Below are positions 63,961-64,000 of a DNA stretch of 64,000 nucleotides, piece by piece. The position numbers and the translations under genes were made by a program. Position 1 is the stretch's first letter, and each line of letters starts with the position of its first letter. This stretch comes from Raillietiella orientalis (Eukaryota): contig JAYWIR010000001.1 in NCBI GenBank assembly GCA_036172245.1, positions 3,906,001 to 3,970,000 of the forward strand. The letters are read 5' to 3'. The notes under the pieces are model-generated. The model was given only the letters and a program-made list of their open reading frames with translations. It was not told the origin of the DNA and searched no databases.

Positions 63961-64000
63961 TTTTTTTCAACCGGATTTGCTGGTGCATTTATTATAAAAA

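Noticed and set aside
1-64000. tRNA, rRNA, CRISPR or prokaryotic operons
   Set aside because: None recognised; the sequence is spliceosomal-intron-containing eukaryotic DNA.

Overview
Eukaryotic genomic DNA, probably from an arthropod or other protostome (inferred from a HIF-alpha motif), with mostly 40-60 nt introns. Six apparently intact host genes: a Cys-rich small heat-shock protein (+), CFAP44 (-), MTIF2 (-), TMEM223 (-), a divergent HIF-alpha (+) and an RDH11-14-type SDR (-). There is also a BTAF1 pseudogene fragment. The intergenic space holds decayed Ty3/Gypsy, DIRS-like and L1/Tx1-like retroelement remnants. Main observations: (1) about 6-8 separate, heavily deleted fossils of negative-strand RNA virus (Mononegavirales-like) L polymerase genes on both strands, one inside a CFAP44 intron; (2) a 1535-bp, nearly perfect, GC-enriched inverted duplication of internal CFAP44 exons/introns bracketing ~16 kb; (3) a candidate second, paralogous CFAP44 N-terminus in intron 1; (4) TMEM223 and MTIF2 only ~165 nt apart on the same strand with a splice acceptor between them. 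All homology calls come from motifs read by eye and compared with remembered family consensus. No searches were run, so viral-fossil and TE boundaries are approximate.
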